Below are positions 55,205-55,426 of a stretch of DNA of 55,426 bases, piece after piece; position 1 is the first letter of the stretch; each line of letters begins with the position of its first letter. The position numbers and the translations under genes were made by a program. The notes beneath the pieces were generated by a model that saw only the letters and a program-made list of their open reading frames with translations, did not search any database and had not been told where the DNA came from. Source of the DNA: Acidimicrobiia bacterium (lineage in GTDB: Bacteria; Actinomycetota; Acidimicrobiia; Spongiisociales; Spongiisociaceae); the NCBI GenBank assembly GCA_009838635.1, contig VXRE01000016.1:1-55426 (forward strand). The letters run 5' to 3'.

Positions 55205-55426
55205 TCGCTCACTCCCAGCTCTTCTATCAATTGCGCTACCGCCGGTCCGCCGGTCTCTTCCCCGGCCACGACCAGCATCGTGTCGTCTCCGGCCACGGTA
55301 CCCAGGATCCCTCCGAGGTCTGCGTCGTCGATGGCGGCCGCCACCACGTGGGCAGCTCCCGGTGGGGTCTTGATCACCACCAGGTTCCCGCTCGACCGGA
55401 CCGATGTCACGTAGGTGGACAGGGTC
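55201..55426 (-). CDS. argR: arginine repressor, C-terminal oligomerisation/arginine-binding domain (N-terminus beyond window end)
   Basis: The reading frame continues to the window edge. [41 protein letters not shown] matches the ArgR C-terminal pattern (GTIAGDDT). ATGA overlap with argG. Confidence 0.8.
   Translation of the reverse strand, partial: TLSTYVTSVRSSGNLVVIKTPPGAAHVVAAAIDDADLGGILGTVAGDDTMLVVAGEETGGPAVAQLIEELGVSE

Noticed and set aside
1-55426. Search for IS elements, integrases, phage genes, restriction-modification systems or known defence-system cores (large ATPases, nucleases, reverse transcriptases).
   Set aside because: No ORF in any frame shows the corresponding motifs. 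The only methyltransferase is of the small-molecule class I type, and the only toxin-like gene is the PIN protein.

Overview
High-GC (by eye ~68-72%) chromosomal segment of actinobacterial type. That taxonomic call is an inference from composition, LigD, F420/LLM-type, DUF4190 and DUF2277-like genes. It is densely coding with many 1-4 nt start/stop overlaps. I support about 55 CDS, one tRNA-Lys(UUU), no rRNA, no CRISPR, and no transposase or integrase.

Layout:
- 1-9.2 kb: catechol meta-cleavage module. It holds a divergent partial catechol 2,3-dioxygenase, an unknown ORF plus IclR regulator, three hydratase/decarboxylase paralogs, acetaldehyde dehydrogenase, aldolase, 4-oxalocrotonate tautomerase (4-OT), semialdehyde dehydrogenase, a small Rieske protein and a HAD hydrolase.
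- 9.3-10.1 kb: lower-GC PIN-toxin pair.
- 10.1-16.7 kb: methyltransferase, putP-like symporter, second HAD paralog, two small unknowns, panB, Fur-family regulator and MBL hydrolase.
- 16.7-17.3 kb: gene-free spacer of about 0.5 kb carrying a 16-bp tandem repeat and phased T-tracts.
- 17.3-22.9 kb (minus strand): menD, menF, a MerR regulator, and an unusual Endo-IV-like TIM barrel fused to a LigD primase-polymerase domain.
- 23.0 kb: tRNA-Lys.
- 23.1-37.5 kb: compositionally lighter block. It carries a Liv-type ABC importer, a TetR regulator and a 7-gene translationally coupled catabolic cassette of unknown substrate (CoA ligase, alpha/beta hydrolase, LLM oxidoreductase, SDR, amidase, crotonase, MaoC), followed by a ~55% GC membrane protein.
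- 37.6-47.9 kb: Leu/Val dehydrogenase, a nitroreductase / M20 amidohydrolase / ABC-exporter-pair operon, and a set of unknown membrane proteins.
- 47.9-55.4 kb (minus strand): argR(partial)-argG-argH followed tightly by a CDGSH protein, haloalkane dehalogenase, Xaa-Pro aminopeptidase and D-aminoacylase.

The most interesting items are the EndoIV-like/LigD-Pol fusion, the orphan 7-gene cassette with a shared candidate TetR operator in two promoters, an exact 14-mer shared by both promoters flanking the IclR gene, and the repeat-bearing gene-free spacer.

All family calls are by-eye motif recognition. No database search was possible.
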